This document shows positions 1-8,680 of a DNA stretch of 63,398 nucleotides, piece after piece; the stretch's first letter is position 1; each line of letters begins with the position of its first letter. Both the position numbers and the translations under genes were made by a program. The DNA is from an uncultured Rhodospirillales bacterium (lineage in GTDB: Bacteria; Pseudomonadota; Alphaproteobacteria; Acetobacterales; Acetobacteraceae). The notes under the pieces are model-generated. The model was not told the origin of the DNA. It did not search any database and was given only the letters and a program-made list of their open reading frames with translations. The DNA lies in contig CAIRTN010000008.1 of NCBI GenBank assembly GCA_903881515.1, positions 1 through 63,398 on the forward strand. Reading direction: 5' to 3'.

Positions 1-168
1 CCCCCCCCCGCCCCTTGCCTTCCCTTCCCCTCTCTCCCCCCCCACAAATACCAACGAAACCATCACGCGCGCCTTGCAGCCAACCCACGACAGCGGCATA
101 TCCCGCCATAGAATTGCCGCGACGCGGTGCCAAGACCGTGCGCGCAACGCGAAAGAGGAAATTCCGTC

Positions 169-1059
169 GTGATCAAGCCGCTGCGCAAGGCCGTATTCCC
201 CGTTGCCGGTCTCGGCACGCGTTTCCTGCCGGCCACCAAGGCCATGGCCAAGGAAATGCTGCCCGTCGTTGACAAGCCGCTGATCCAATATGCGGTCGAG
301 GAGGCCCGGGCCGCGGGCATCGAGCAGTTTTGCATGGTCACCGGCCGCGGCAAGACCGCCATCGTCGAGCATTTCGACATTGCCTACGAGTTGGAAGCGA
401 CGTTGCGCGGCCGCGGCAAGGACGCCGAACTGCGCAGCCTGCGCGACTGGCAGCCGGCCGCGGGTTCGATCGTGACGGTGCGCCAGCAGGAGCCTTTGGG
501 CCTGGGTCACGCCATCTGGTGCGCCCGCGCCTTCATCGGCGACGACCCGTTCGCCATTCTGCTGCCCGACGATCTCATCCTGTCGGAGACCCCGGTCACC
601 AAGCAGTTGGCCAACGCCTATTACGAAACCGGCGGCTGTGTCGTCGCAGTCACCGAGGTGCCGCACGAGCAGACCCAGCGCTACGGCATCCTCGATGTCG
701 GCGCCGATGACGGCCGTCTGGTCGAGGTCAAGGGCCTGGTCGAAAAGCCCAAGCCCGAGGATGCGCCCTCCGACCTGTCGATCATCGGCCGCTACGTGCT
801 GACCTCCGGCGTCATCCAGCACCTCTCCCGTATGGAGCGCGGCGCCGGCGGCGAGGTGCAGTTGACCGACGCGATGGCCAAGATGATCGGCCACGAGCCG
901 TTCCACGGCCTGCGTTACGAGGGCCGCCGCTTCGATTGCGGCGACAAGATCGGCTTCCTGGAAGCGCAGATCGCCTTCGCCCTGAAGCGGCCGGACATGG
1001 GCCCCGCGGTGAAGCAATTCCTCTCTGGCTACTGCGCCGACCTCTTCCCGCGCGGCTGA
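169..1059 (+). CDS. galU: UTP--glucose-1-phosphate uridylyltransferase
   Basis: ORF 127..1059. The [35 protein letters not shown] signature is typical of GalU. Start moved to the in-frame GTG at 169, preceded by AGAGGA (154-159). Confidence 0.9.
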   Translation: MIKPLRKAVFPVAGLGTRFLPATKAMAKEMLPVVDKPLIQYAVEEARAAGIEQFCMVTGRGKTAIVEHFDIAYELEATLRGRGKDAELRSLRDWQPAAGSIVTVRQQEPLGLGHAIWCARAFIGDDPFAILLPDDLILSETPVTKQLANAYYETGGCVVAVTEVPHEQTQRYGILDVGADDGRLVEVKGLVEKPKPEDAPSDLSIIGRYVLTSGVIQHLSRMERGAGGEVQLTDAMAKMIGHEPFHGLRYEGRRFDCGDKIGFLEAQIAFALKRPDMGPAVKQFLSGYCADLFPRG

Positions 1060-1087
1060 ACGAACCTTTTACCCAGCGAGCACGATC

Positions 1088-2497
1088 ATGGCGTTTTCCC
1101 ATAACTTCGACCCCACCGTGCTGCGCGAATACGACATTCGCGGGATCGTCGGGCAGACCCTGAATCCCGCGGATGCCTTTGCCATCGGCCGTTGCTTCGG
1201 CACCACGGTGGCGCGCAACGGCGGCACCTCGGTCGCCGTCGGCTACGATGGCCGCGTGTCCTCGCCGATCCTGGAACCACAACTGGTCGATGGCCTGCGC
1301 GCCAGCGGCATGGAAGTGATCCGCATCGGCCTCGGCCCGACGCCGATGCTGTATTACGCCGCCACCGTGCTGAAGACCGGCGGCGCGGTGATGCTCACCG
1401 GCAGCCACAACCCGCCGAACTACAACGGCTTCAAGATGATGCTGGCCGGCAAGCCGTTCTTCGGCGCCCAGATCCGCGATCTCGGCGCCCAAGCCGCAGC
1501 CGGCGACATCGTCGCCGAGGCCGCCGGCAGCGAGCGTAGCATCGACATCTCCACCGAATACCTCGCCCGCCTGGTCAAGGACTGGGACGGCGGCACCCGC
1601 GCGCTGAAAGTGGTGTGGGACAACGGCAACGGCGCCGCCGGCGCGGTGCTTGAGCGCCTGGTGAAAATGCTGCCCGGCGAACACACCGTGCTGTTCCCCG
1701 AGATCGACGGCAACTTCCCCAACCATCACCCTGATCCCACGGTGGCGAAGAACCTCGAATCCCTCATCGCCGAGGTGAAGAAGCAGGGCGCCGATATCGG
1801 CATCGCTTTCGATGGCGACGCCGACCGTATCGGCGTGGTCGACGACAAAGGCGTGATGATGTTCGGCGACCAGTTGCTTGTGGTCCTCGCCCGCGACGTG
1901 CTGAAGACCCACCCCGGCGCCCGCATCATCGCCGATGTGAAAGCCAGCCAGGTGCTGTTCGACGAGATCGCCCGCGCCGGCGGCCAGCCCGAGATGTGGA
2001 AGACCGGCCATTCGCTGATCAAGGCCCGCATGGCCGAAACCGGCTGCCCGCTGGCCGGCGAAATGTCCGGCCACATCTTCTTCGCCGATAAATGGTACGG
2101 CTTCGACGACGCGCTGTATGCCGGCGTCCGCCTGCTCGGCATCCTCGCCCGCATGACCGGCAAGATCTCCGCCGTGCGCGAAGCCCTGCCGCAGGTGATC
2201 AACACCCCGGAACTGCGCTTCAACTGCGACGATCACCGCAAATTCGTGGTGATCACCGAGGTCGCCGCTCGCCTGAAGGCCGAGGGCGCCAAGCTATCGG
2301 ATATCGACGGCGTGCGGGTGCAAACGCCGGACGGCTGGTGGCTGCTGCGCGCCTCCAACACCCAGGCCGTGCTGGTTGCCCGCTGCGAAGCCTCCAGCGA
2401 AGCCGGGCTGGAGCGGCTGAAGGCCGCCCTGGTCATCCAGCTCGCGGCATCCGGCCTGGAAGCTCCTGATTTTTCAGGCGAAAACGCCGGGCACTGA
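1088..2497 (+). CDS. phosphomannomutase/phosphoglucomutase (alpha-D-phosphohexomutase family)
   Basis: ATG at 1088. Active-site loop [13 protein letters not shown], metal site FDGDADR, and GEMSGH sugar-binding loop. Confidence 0.9.
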   Translation: MAFSHNFDPTVLREYDIRGIVGQTLNPADAFAIGRCFGTTVARNGGTSVAVGYDGRVSSPILEPQLVDGLRASGMEVIRIGLGPTPMLYYAATVLKTGGAVMLTGSHNPPNYNGFKMMLAGKPFFGAQIRDLGAQAAAGDIVAEAAGSERSIDISTEYLARLVKDWDGGTRALKVVWDNGNGAAGAVLERLVKMLPGEHTVLFPEIDGNFPNHHPDPTVAKNLESLIAEVKKQGADIGIAFDGDADRIGVVDDKGVMMFGDQLLVVLARDVLKTHPGARIIADVKASQVLFDEIARAGGQPEMWKTGHSLIKARMAETGCPLAGEMSGHIFFADKWYGFDDALYAGVRLLGILARMTGKISAVREALPQVINTPELRFNCDDHRKFVVITEVAARLKAEGAKLSDIDGVRVQTPDGWWLLRASNTQAVLVARCEASSEAGLERLKAALVIQLAASGLEAPDFSGENAGH

Positions 2498-2601
2498 CAC
2501 CCGGCGGCAGGTTTCTGCGTCAACCCCGCGGATCGTACACGCATCGGTGTTCGATCCGCGAAGGGGGATGTGGAAAAAAATGCCATTCGTGCATTTTTTC
2601 C

Positions 2602-2630
2602 TTGCATTTCATCTAACGATCACATATAAC
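2602..2630 (+). promoter_or_regulatory. sigma70-like promoter of orphan cassette copy A (-35 TTGCAT, 17-nt spacer, -10 TATAAC)
   Basis: TTGCAT at 2602-2607 and TATAAC at 2625-2630, preceded by A7/T6 tracts (2574-2600). The -10 ends 6 nt before the ATG at 2637 and there is no SD. Copy B has the same architecture. Confidence 0.5.
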
Positions 2631-2636
2631 GTCCCC

Positions 2637-3104
2637 ATGAACGTGTGGGCACACCTCCTCTCTGAGCTTAAAATCACCCTTGCCCGGACTCCGTTCCGCG
2701 ACTGGCCCGCACTGATTCTGGTCTGGCTGCAACTGCGACACCTCACCGCCTGCCTGGACGATCTGTTCACTGCCTGGCGCGCCGGCACCCTGCCGCCGCA
2801 GCCGGCCGCAACAGACGCTGCGTCCGCCCGGCCCACCCCATCGGCCCAACCGCAAAAATCCCGCGCGGCGTCTCCGCGCCCGCACCCCGTGCGGCTGCGG
2901 CGCATGCCGCACCCCATCGCGCCCGCCGCAAAGCCCGGGGCTCGCGCCCGCGCATCCCGCGCGCCCCGGGCATGGCGAACACCCCGCCCGCTCACTTTGG
3001 AACCCCATTGCGCAACCGCGTCCCCGCATCTGCGCCTTGAAGTCCCGGATATCCCCTACCGGGCACCGTCTAAAATTTTAGGCAATCTGACCAAGCGGTT
3101 TTAG
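2637..3104 (+). CDS. orphan protein, copy A: conserved about 60-aa N-terminal domain plus Pro/Arg/Ala-rich basic tail
   Basis: Internal ATG of ORF 2547..3104. N-terminus MNVWAHLLSELK...WPALILVWLQL...LDDLFTAWRAGTLP is paralogous to 52770..53297. Differences between the copies in the conserved core are mostly synonymous third positions in this frame. Confidence 0.55.
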   Translation: MNVWAHLLSELKITLARTPFRDWPALILVWLQLRHLTACLDDLFTAWRAGTLPPQPAATDAASARPTPSAQPQKSRAASPRPHPVRLRRMPHPIAPAAKPGARARASRAPRAWRTPRPLTLEPHCATASPHLRLEVPDIPYRAPSKILGNLTKRF

Positions 3105-3138
3105 CGCGTCTTAATTGTTTCGTATTAGCAACAATAAG
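3104..3138. repeat. conserved AT-rich 3' element of cassette copy A (inverted repeat TTGTT-N10-AACAA)
   Basis: GCGCGTCTTAATTGTTTCGTATTAGCAACAATAAG is about 75% identical to 53187-53221. It ends 1 nt before the cheR stop codon (3139-3141). Confidence 0.5.
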
Positions 3139-3987
3139 TCATCCGACAGCAGCCAGATTGGGCACCGCCGCCTTCGCCAGGCAGTACACCCCCCGCTCGC
3201 CAGCCATCGGCGCAAACCGTGTGGTGATGCCCAGCACGGTTTCTGCCCCGCCCAGATACAGCATGCCATCCGGCGCCAGTTGCCGGGCGATTGCATCCAG
3301 CACCCGCGTCTTGGTCGCCTGATCGAAATAGATCAACACGTTGCGGCAGAACACGATATCGAACCGCCCCAGCGGCGCCGGATCGGCCAACAGATTCCAT
3401 TCCCGAAAGCTCGCCATCTCGCGAATGGCGTCGTTCATCCGCCACTGCGTGCCGTCCTTGCGGAAATACTTCACCAGATACTGCATCGGCAGCCCGCGCT
3501 GCACCTCGAACTGGGTGTAAAGCCCCTCGCGGGCCCGCGTCAGTTGCTCCCGCGAAATATCGGTCCCGAGAATCTCGACGCTGCGCCCCCCAAGCTGAGC
3601 CCGGCATTCGGCCAGGATCATCGCCAGCGAATACGCCTCCTGCCCCGAACTCGCCGCAGCCGACCAGATCCGCAGCTTTGCACTCGCGGGCCTGGCCGCC
3701 AGCATCGCCGGCAGCGCGTGGCCGCGGAAATGCGCAAACGGCTTGTCGTCACGAAAAAAGAAACTCTCATTGGTGGTCATCGCATCGACCACATCATCGG
3801 CCAGCGCACGTGCCCCACCACCCCCCGGTGCCAGCTTCAGCGCCAACGCATCCAGGTCCCACACCTCATGCCGCCGCAGCACCGGCCCCAAACGGGTCTC
3901 CAGCAGATATTCCTTGTCCGGCCCCAGCACGAGCCCGGAACTGGACCGCAGCATCGCCGACAGAATTTCAAAACTTTGCGGCTTCAT
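3139..3987 (-). CDS. cheR: chemotaxis protein methyltransferase
   Basis: ORF 3139..4056. MKPQSFEILSAML... N-terminal helical domain and SAM-dependent MTase domain (IWSAAASSGQEAYSLAM). Start set at ATG 3987, which overlaps the cheB stop (ATGA). Confidence 0.9.
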   Translation of the reverse strand: MKPQSFEILSAMLRSSSGLVLGPDKEYLLETRLGPVLRRHEVWDLDALALKLAPGGGGARALADDVVDAMTTNESFFFRDDKPFAHFRGHALPAMLAARPASAKLRIWSAAASSGQEAYSLAMILAECRAQLGGRSVEILGTDISREQLTRAREGLYTQFEVQRGLPMQYLVKYFRKDGTQWRMNDAIREMASFREWNLLADPAPLGRFDIVFCRNVLIYFDQATKTRVLDAIARQLAPDGMLYLGGAETVLGITTRFAPMAGERGVYCLAKAAVPNLAAVG

Positions 3988-5078
3988 GCGCGGCTCCCCC
4001 GCAAAATGTCGACCACCCGCCCAGCGATCGCGCCGATCGGCAGCACCGCCTGGCACAGCCCAGCATTGGCAACCGCCCCGGGCATCCCCCAGACCACACT
4101 GCTCGCCTCATCCTGCGCCAGCGCCATGCCCCCGGCCTCAACCACCTGCCGCGTCCCGGCCAACCCGTCATGCCCCATACCCGTCAGCATCACGACCAAC
4201 ACCCGCCCGCCACACGCCGCCGCCGCACTGCGCAGCATCGGGTCCACCGCAGGGCGGCAGAAATTCTCCGGCGGACCGTCTGACAACCGCCCGATCAACG
4301 CCCCCGGCCGGCCCTCCACCAGCAGATGCCGATCCCCCGGCGCCAGATGAATATGCCCCGCCAGCAACGGCGCCCCGTCGCGCAACTCGGCACACGGCAT
4401 CGCCCCGATCCGCCCGATATGTTCGGCCAGAATCGGCGTGAACGTCGGCGGCATATGCTGCGTCAGCACCACCGGCACCGGCAGCGGCGCCGAAAGCCTC
4501 TGGAAAAAGGTAAACAGCGCCTGCGGCCCGCCCGTGGAACTGCCGATCGCCAGCAACGCCGGTGCCTGCTGCAAACCACCGCGCGGCACCACCCGCAAGG
4601 CCGGCACAGCCGGCTGCACCGGGCGAAGCCGGTTGCGATGCCGGGCGAGCCCCTTCACCTTGGCCAGCAACTCGCGCCTGAAACTATCGTCGTTGATCGC
4701 GGCAACCGAGGGCTTCGGCACATAATCCGCCGCCCCCAGCCGCAACGCCTGCATCGCGATATCGGCCCCCCGGGTAGTAAGCGTGCTGGCCATGATCACC
4801 CGCAACCCCGGATCCGCCCGCAGCAGCAGCGGCAAGGCCGTCAGCCCATCCATCTCCGGCATCTCGATATCGAGCAGCATGACATCGACCGGCTCACGCT
4901 TGATCGCCTCAATCGCCACCCGGCCATTGCCGGCGCGCCCGACCACGCGGATCGACGGATCAGACTCCAGCATCCGCGCCAGCGCGCCGCGGATCACCAC
5001 GCTGTCGTCGCAGATCAGTACCCGCGCAACATCGGCCGCGGCCACAGGCGGCGGGGACGTGGCCTGCAGGATCCCCAT
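3984..5078 (-). CDS. cheB: protein-glutamate methylesterase/glutaminase (REC plus CheB catalytic domain)
   Basis: REC domain VLICDDSVVIRG...DIEMPEMDG. Esterase domain GSSTGGP...GMGHDG. The start overlaps the cheY stop by 1 nt (TGATG). Confidence 0.92.
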   Translation of the reverse strand: MGILQATSPPPVAAADVARVLICDDSVVIRGALARMLESDPSIRVVGRAGNGRVAIEAIKREPVDVMLLDIEMPEMDGLTALPLLLRADPGLRVIMASTLTTRGADIAMQALRLGAADYVPKPSVAAINDDSFRRELLAKVKGLARHRNRLRPVQPAVPALRVVPRGGLQQAPALLAIGSSTGGPQALFTFFQRLSAPLPVPVVLTQHMPPTFTPILAEHIGRIGAMPCAELRDGAPLLAGHIHLAPGDRHLLVEGRPGALIGRLSDGPPENFCRPAVDPMLRSAAAACGGRVLVVMLTGMGHDGLAGTRQVVEAGGMALAQDEASSVVWGMPGAVANAGLCQAVLPIGAIAGRVVDILRGSRA

Positions 5079-5449
5079 CAGAGCAATCCGACTTGGGCGA
5101 ACTTTCCGCTCAGAATGTCATCGTCGAACGGCTTCATGATGTATTCCTGTGCGCCGTGCTCGATCGCCTGCTGGATGAAGCTGATCTCGGTCTCCGTGGT
5201 GCAGAACACCACCGGTGGATTGTCCGGGCCGAATTCCTGCCGCAGGTGCTTCAGGAACTCGATGCCGTTCATCACCGGCATGTTACAATCCAGCAGCACG
5301 CAGTCCGGCAGTTTCCGCCGGCACGCGTCCAACGCGAGCTGGCCGTCCGCAGCTTCCTCGACCATGAAACCGCGGCCCTCAAGGATACGCCGCGCGACTT
5401 TGCGCACAACGCGGCTGTCATCGACGACAAGACAGATACGGGGGTCCAT
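5078..5449 (-). CDS. cheY: single-domain chemotaxis response regulator
   Basis: 123 aa REC domain: VVDDS...LLDCNMPVMNG...YIMKPF. Confidence 0.9.
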   Translation of the reverse strand: MDPRICLVVDDSRVVRKVARRILEGRGFMVEEAADGQLALDACRRKLPDCVLLDCNMPVMNGIEFLKHLRQEFGPDNPPVVFCTTETEISFIQQAIEHGAQEYIMKPFDDDILSGKFAQVGLL

Positions 5450-5451
5450 GT

Positions 5452-5931
5452 TCAGCTCCCGGAGGACAGTGCCAAAATGCGCGAAACATCCAGCACCACC
5501 ATCAATCGCCCCTGCAGGCGATAGATGCCGGTGCTGTGCGCGGCCCAGACCGGGGCCAGCGTTGGCGGATTGCGTTCGAAACTGGAGGCCGGCAGGGTCA
5601 TAACCTCGCTGACCTGATCCACCAGCAGGGCATAGAGCTCGCCCCCCTGCTCGGCGACCACCGACATCCGCGGCATGCCGGCCGGCGCCGGCGGCAGGGA
5701 TAGCCGGCGCCGCAGATCGATCGCGGTGACGATCCGGCCGCGCAGGTTCAGGCTGCCGGCGATTTCCGGCGGGGCGAGCGGACTGCGGGTGATCGGCTGT
5801 TCGCCAAGCACGTCGCGCACTGCGGTGACCGGCACGCCGCAGAGCTGCTCGGCAACGCTCAATGTGACGAAGACCCGCTCGTCTTCGACCGTGGCGGCCT
5901 CGGCGGGCCGTTCAAGGGTGGCGGTGCTCAT
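5452..5931 (-). CDS. cheW: chemotaxis coupling protein
   Basis: 159 aa CheW-like domain, located between cheA and cheY. Confidence 0.88.
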   Translation of the reverse strand: MSTATLERPAEAATVEDERVFVTLSVAEQLCGVPVTAVRDVLGEQPITRSPLAPPEIAGSLNLRGRIVTAIDLRRRLSLPPAPAGMPRMSVVAEQGGELYALLVDQVSEVMTLPASSFERNPPTLAPVWAAHSTGIYRLQGRLMVVLDVSRILALSSGS

Positions 5932-5956
5932 GCGGGGGCTCCTGCTGCCGGGGGGC

Positions 5957-8569
5957 TCATGCGGCCATTCCCAGTTGGGTCTTCTGGCGCTGCGTCAGGC
6001 ACTGCTTCAGGCTGGTCAGCACCGCCTCGCGTTCGAATTTTGCGACATAATCGGTGAAGCCGGCCTCGCGGCCGCGTGCGACGCGATCCGGATCGGTATG
6101 GCCGGTCAGCGCGATCACCGGAAGATGGCTCCAGGCGCCCTGGGCGCGCAGTTCCTGCACGAAGGCGATGCCGTCGATCTGTGGCATTTCGATATCGGAG
6201 ACGATGGCGTCGAACAGGATGTGGTTGTCCCGCAGCCGCAGCGCCTGCTCGGCGCCCTGCACCGCACTGACCTCGTAACCGGCCGCCGATAACGTGGACA
6301 CCAGCATTTGCCGGAAGAAGTCGTTGTCATCGACCACAAGAATCCGCGCCCGGCCCGAATGGCTGCGCTCGCTGGTGCGGCCGTGGAACCAGTCGGCAAA
6401 GGCCAGCGTCAGGTAATGGCCGATATCGACCACATCGGTCGCCTTGCCCGCGACCACGGCGGTGCCAAGTAAACCGGGGCGCCCGCCGGACAGTTCGATG
6501 TTCAGCTTTTCTTCGACGACATCAACAATCTCGTCGACAACCAGACCCATGCAGCGATCGCCATCGGCGAACACCAGCACCGGTTGCTGCGCGCGTTCGC
6601 GATCGATTTCGCCCTGCATCGGCACCAGCGGCATCAACCGGCCGCGATATTGGGTGACCGGTTTGCCCGACGAGGTCTCGATCTTGTCGCGCGGCAGGTC
6701 CTCCAACCGCGCAACCAGACTGAGCGGCACCGCCCGCATCTGCTCGCCTGAACGGAACAGCAGGACGGCGGTGCGGCCATCGGCCTGGGCGCGCGCCGCC
6801 ATGCGATCGGCGGCATGCGCATCCATCGCGCGGCTTTCGCCGCTGCTGGCCACCCCGGTGGCGCGCGCGATGCCGTTGGGGTCGAGGATCATGATCACCG
6901 AGCCATCGCCGAGAATGGTATTGCCGGAGAACATCGAGACGTGCCGCAGGATCGGCGCCACCGGTTTGACCACGATTTCCTCGGTATCGAAGACGCGATC
7001 AACGATGATGCCCAGCAGCAGGCTGCCGACCTGGGTGACGATGATGTAGGCGGCATCGGTGGCCGCGGTATCCGTCACGACCTCGCGCAGCTGCAGCAGG
7101 GCATCGAGCGAAACCAACGGCAGCAGCCGGTCCCGCAGGCGCAGCACCTTGGTATTGTTGATGCGTTCGATCGTAGGCTCGCCGGCATCGACCGCTTCCT
7201 CGCGCAGCGCCCGGGCGCGCACCAGTTCGACGACGCTGATCTGCGGTATCGCAAAACGTTCGCCCCCGGCCTCGACGATCAACGCCGAGACGATGGCCAG
7301 GGTCAGCGGAATCTTGATGATGAAGGTGGTGCCCTGGCCCTGGGTGCTCTTCAGATCGACAGTGCCGCCGATCTTTTCGATATTGGTTTTCACCACATCC
7401 ATCCCGACCCCGCGCCCAGAGACAGCGGTAACGGCAGCGGCCGTAGAGAAGCCGGCGCGGAAGATGAAGCGCAGAATTTGGGCGTCGGGCATCGCCGCCA
7501 GTTCTGCCTCGGTCGCAAGACCCCGCGCCAATGCCTTGGCCTTGATCCGCTCGACCGGCAGTCCGGCGCCGTCGTCGGCAATCTCGATGATGATGTGCCC
7601 GCCCTCATGAAAAGCATTGAGCGAGATGCGCCCGGTCTCCGCCTTGCCGGCGGCGCGGCGGTCCTGAGGGGCTTCCAAACCGTGATCGGCGGAGTTGCGG
7701 ACCATGTGGGTCAGCGGGTCCTTGATCAATTCCAGCACCTGCCGGTCAAGCTCGGTCTCTGCACCATGCATCTGCAGGTCGATCTTCTTGCCAAGCTCGC
7801 GCGAGAGGTCGCGCACCAGGCGCGGCAGCTTGTTCCAGGCGTTGCCGATCGGCTGCATGCGGGTTTTCATCACTCCCTCCTGCAGGTCCGACGTGATGTG
7901 CGACAGGCGCTGCAGCGGCACGGTGAAGGCAGAGTTCTCTTGCCCGCGGGCAAGCTGCATCAACTGATTGCGGGTCAGCACCAGTTCGCTGACCAGCGTC
8001 ATGAGCCCTTCCAGCACATCGACGCCGACACGGATCGTCTGCGTGCCCACCGGACCTTCCGCGGCTGCTTCGGCCACCGGTTCCGGCGCTGCCGGGATCG
8101 GTTCGGGTGGCGCGACACGCGGAGCGGCCTCAACCACAGGAGGCGCAATTGCGGCGGCGGGCGGTGCGGCCGGCTTGGCCGCCGGGGGGGCGACACCGTC
8201 GGAGGCGGCGTTGAGGCTGGCAATCAAGGGCACGTCATCGCCGGCGGGTTCGCTGCCGTCGGCGGCGAGCGCCGAGATGATGAGCTTGATGCGGTCAAGC
8301 GCCGCCAGCACCACGCTGATGATTTCAGGCGTGACCGGCAGCACCTTGTCGCGCACGCGGCCGAGGACGTTTTCGGCCGCGTGTGCGACATGCTCCAGGC
8401 GAGGCAAGTTGAGGAAGCCGCAGGTGCCCTTGATCGTGTGCACCAGGCGGAAGATCTGCGCGAGGGTGGCGTCGTCGTTCGGCGTTTGCTCAAGCCGCAC
8501 CAGGGCGACATCAAGTTCGGCGAGGCTTTCGTTCGTCTCCGTCAGGAAATCCGCGAGCAGATCGTCCAT
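5957..8569 (-). CDS. cheA: chemotaxis histidine kinase CheA with C-terminal receiver domain (CheA-REC hybrid)
   Basis: Domains: HPt (HTIKGTCGFL), dimerisation, HATPase (DHGLE...GRGVGMDVV), CheW-like domain, then a terminal REC (ILVVDDNDFF...SDIEMPQIDG). Start set at the second ATG (8569, MDDLL), 6 nt after GGAG. The ORF track starts at 8575. Confidence 0.92.
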   Translation of the reverse strand: MDDLLADFLTETNESLAELDVALVRLEQTPNDDATLAQIFRLVHTIKGTCGFLNLPRLEHVAHAAENVLGRVRDKVLPVTPEIISVVLAALDRIKLIISALAADGSEPAGDDVPLIASLNAASDGVAPPAAKPAAPPAAAIAPPVVEAAPRVAPPEPIPAAPEPVAEAAAEGPVGTQTIRVGVDVLEGLMTLVSELVLTRNQLMQLARGQENSAFTVPLQRLSHITSDLQEGVMKTRMQPIGNAWNKLPRLVRDLSRELGKKIDLQMHGAETELDRQVLELIKDPLTHMVRNSADHGLEAPQDRRAAGKAETGRISLNAFHEGGHIIIEIADDGAGLPVERIKAKALARGLATEAELAAMPDAQILRFIFRAGFSTAAAVTAVSGRGVGMDVVKTNIEKIGGTVDLKSTQGQGTTFIIKIPLTLAIVSALIVEAGGERFAIPQISVVELVRARALREEAVDAGEPTIERINNTKVLRLRDRLLPLVSLDALLQLREVVTDTAATDAAYIIVTQVGSLLLGIIVDRVFDTEEIVVKPVAPILRHVSMFSGNTILGDGSVIMILDPNGIARATGVASSGESRAMDAHAADRMAARAQADGRTAVLLFRSGEQMRAVPLSLVARLEDLPRDKIETSSGKPVTQYRGRLMPLVPMQGEIDRERAQQPVLVFADGDRCMGLVVDEIVDVVEEKLNIELSGGRPGLLGTAVVAGKATDVVDIGHYLTLAFADWFHGRTSERSHSGRARILVVDDNDFFRQMLVSTLSAAGYEVSAVQGAEQALRLRDNHILFDAIVSDIEMPQIDGIAFVQELRAQGAWSHLPVIALTGHTDPDRVARGREAGFTDYVAKFEREAVLTSLKQCLTQRQKTQLGMAA

Positions 8570-8680
8570 TCCCATCTCCGGTCGGAAAACCGGCGATGTG
8601 CCGGTGCTGAAGTGGGATTGTCGGGGGTGGAGGAAAACAATTGGTAAAGAAGACGCGGGGTCAGCAAGAAACTATGCAGG

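Noticed and set aside
812-2236. 474-aa minus-strand ORF spanning galU/pgm
   Set aside because: It is antisense to two confidently identified genes. Its composition is Ala/Gly/His/Asp-rich and low in complexity, typical of high-GC shadow ORFs, with no recognisable motifs.
2609-3029. Minus-strand ORFs (128 and 138 aa) antisense to cassette copy A, with counterparts at 52730..53110
   Set aside because: The substitution pattern between the two copies is synonymous in the plus frame, not the minus frame. The promoter/ATG geometry also supports the plus strand.
6815-8647. 610-aa plus-strand ORF opposite cheA (and the 7968..9119 ORF)
   Set aside because: These are shadow ORFs antisense to cheA and the chpT-like gene. 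They are Arg/Gly/Asp-rich with no domain signatures.
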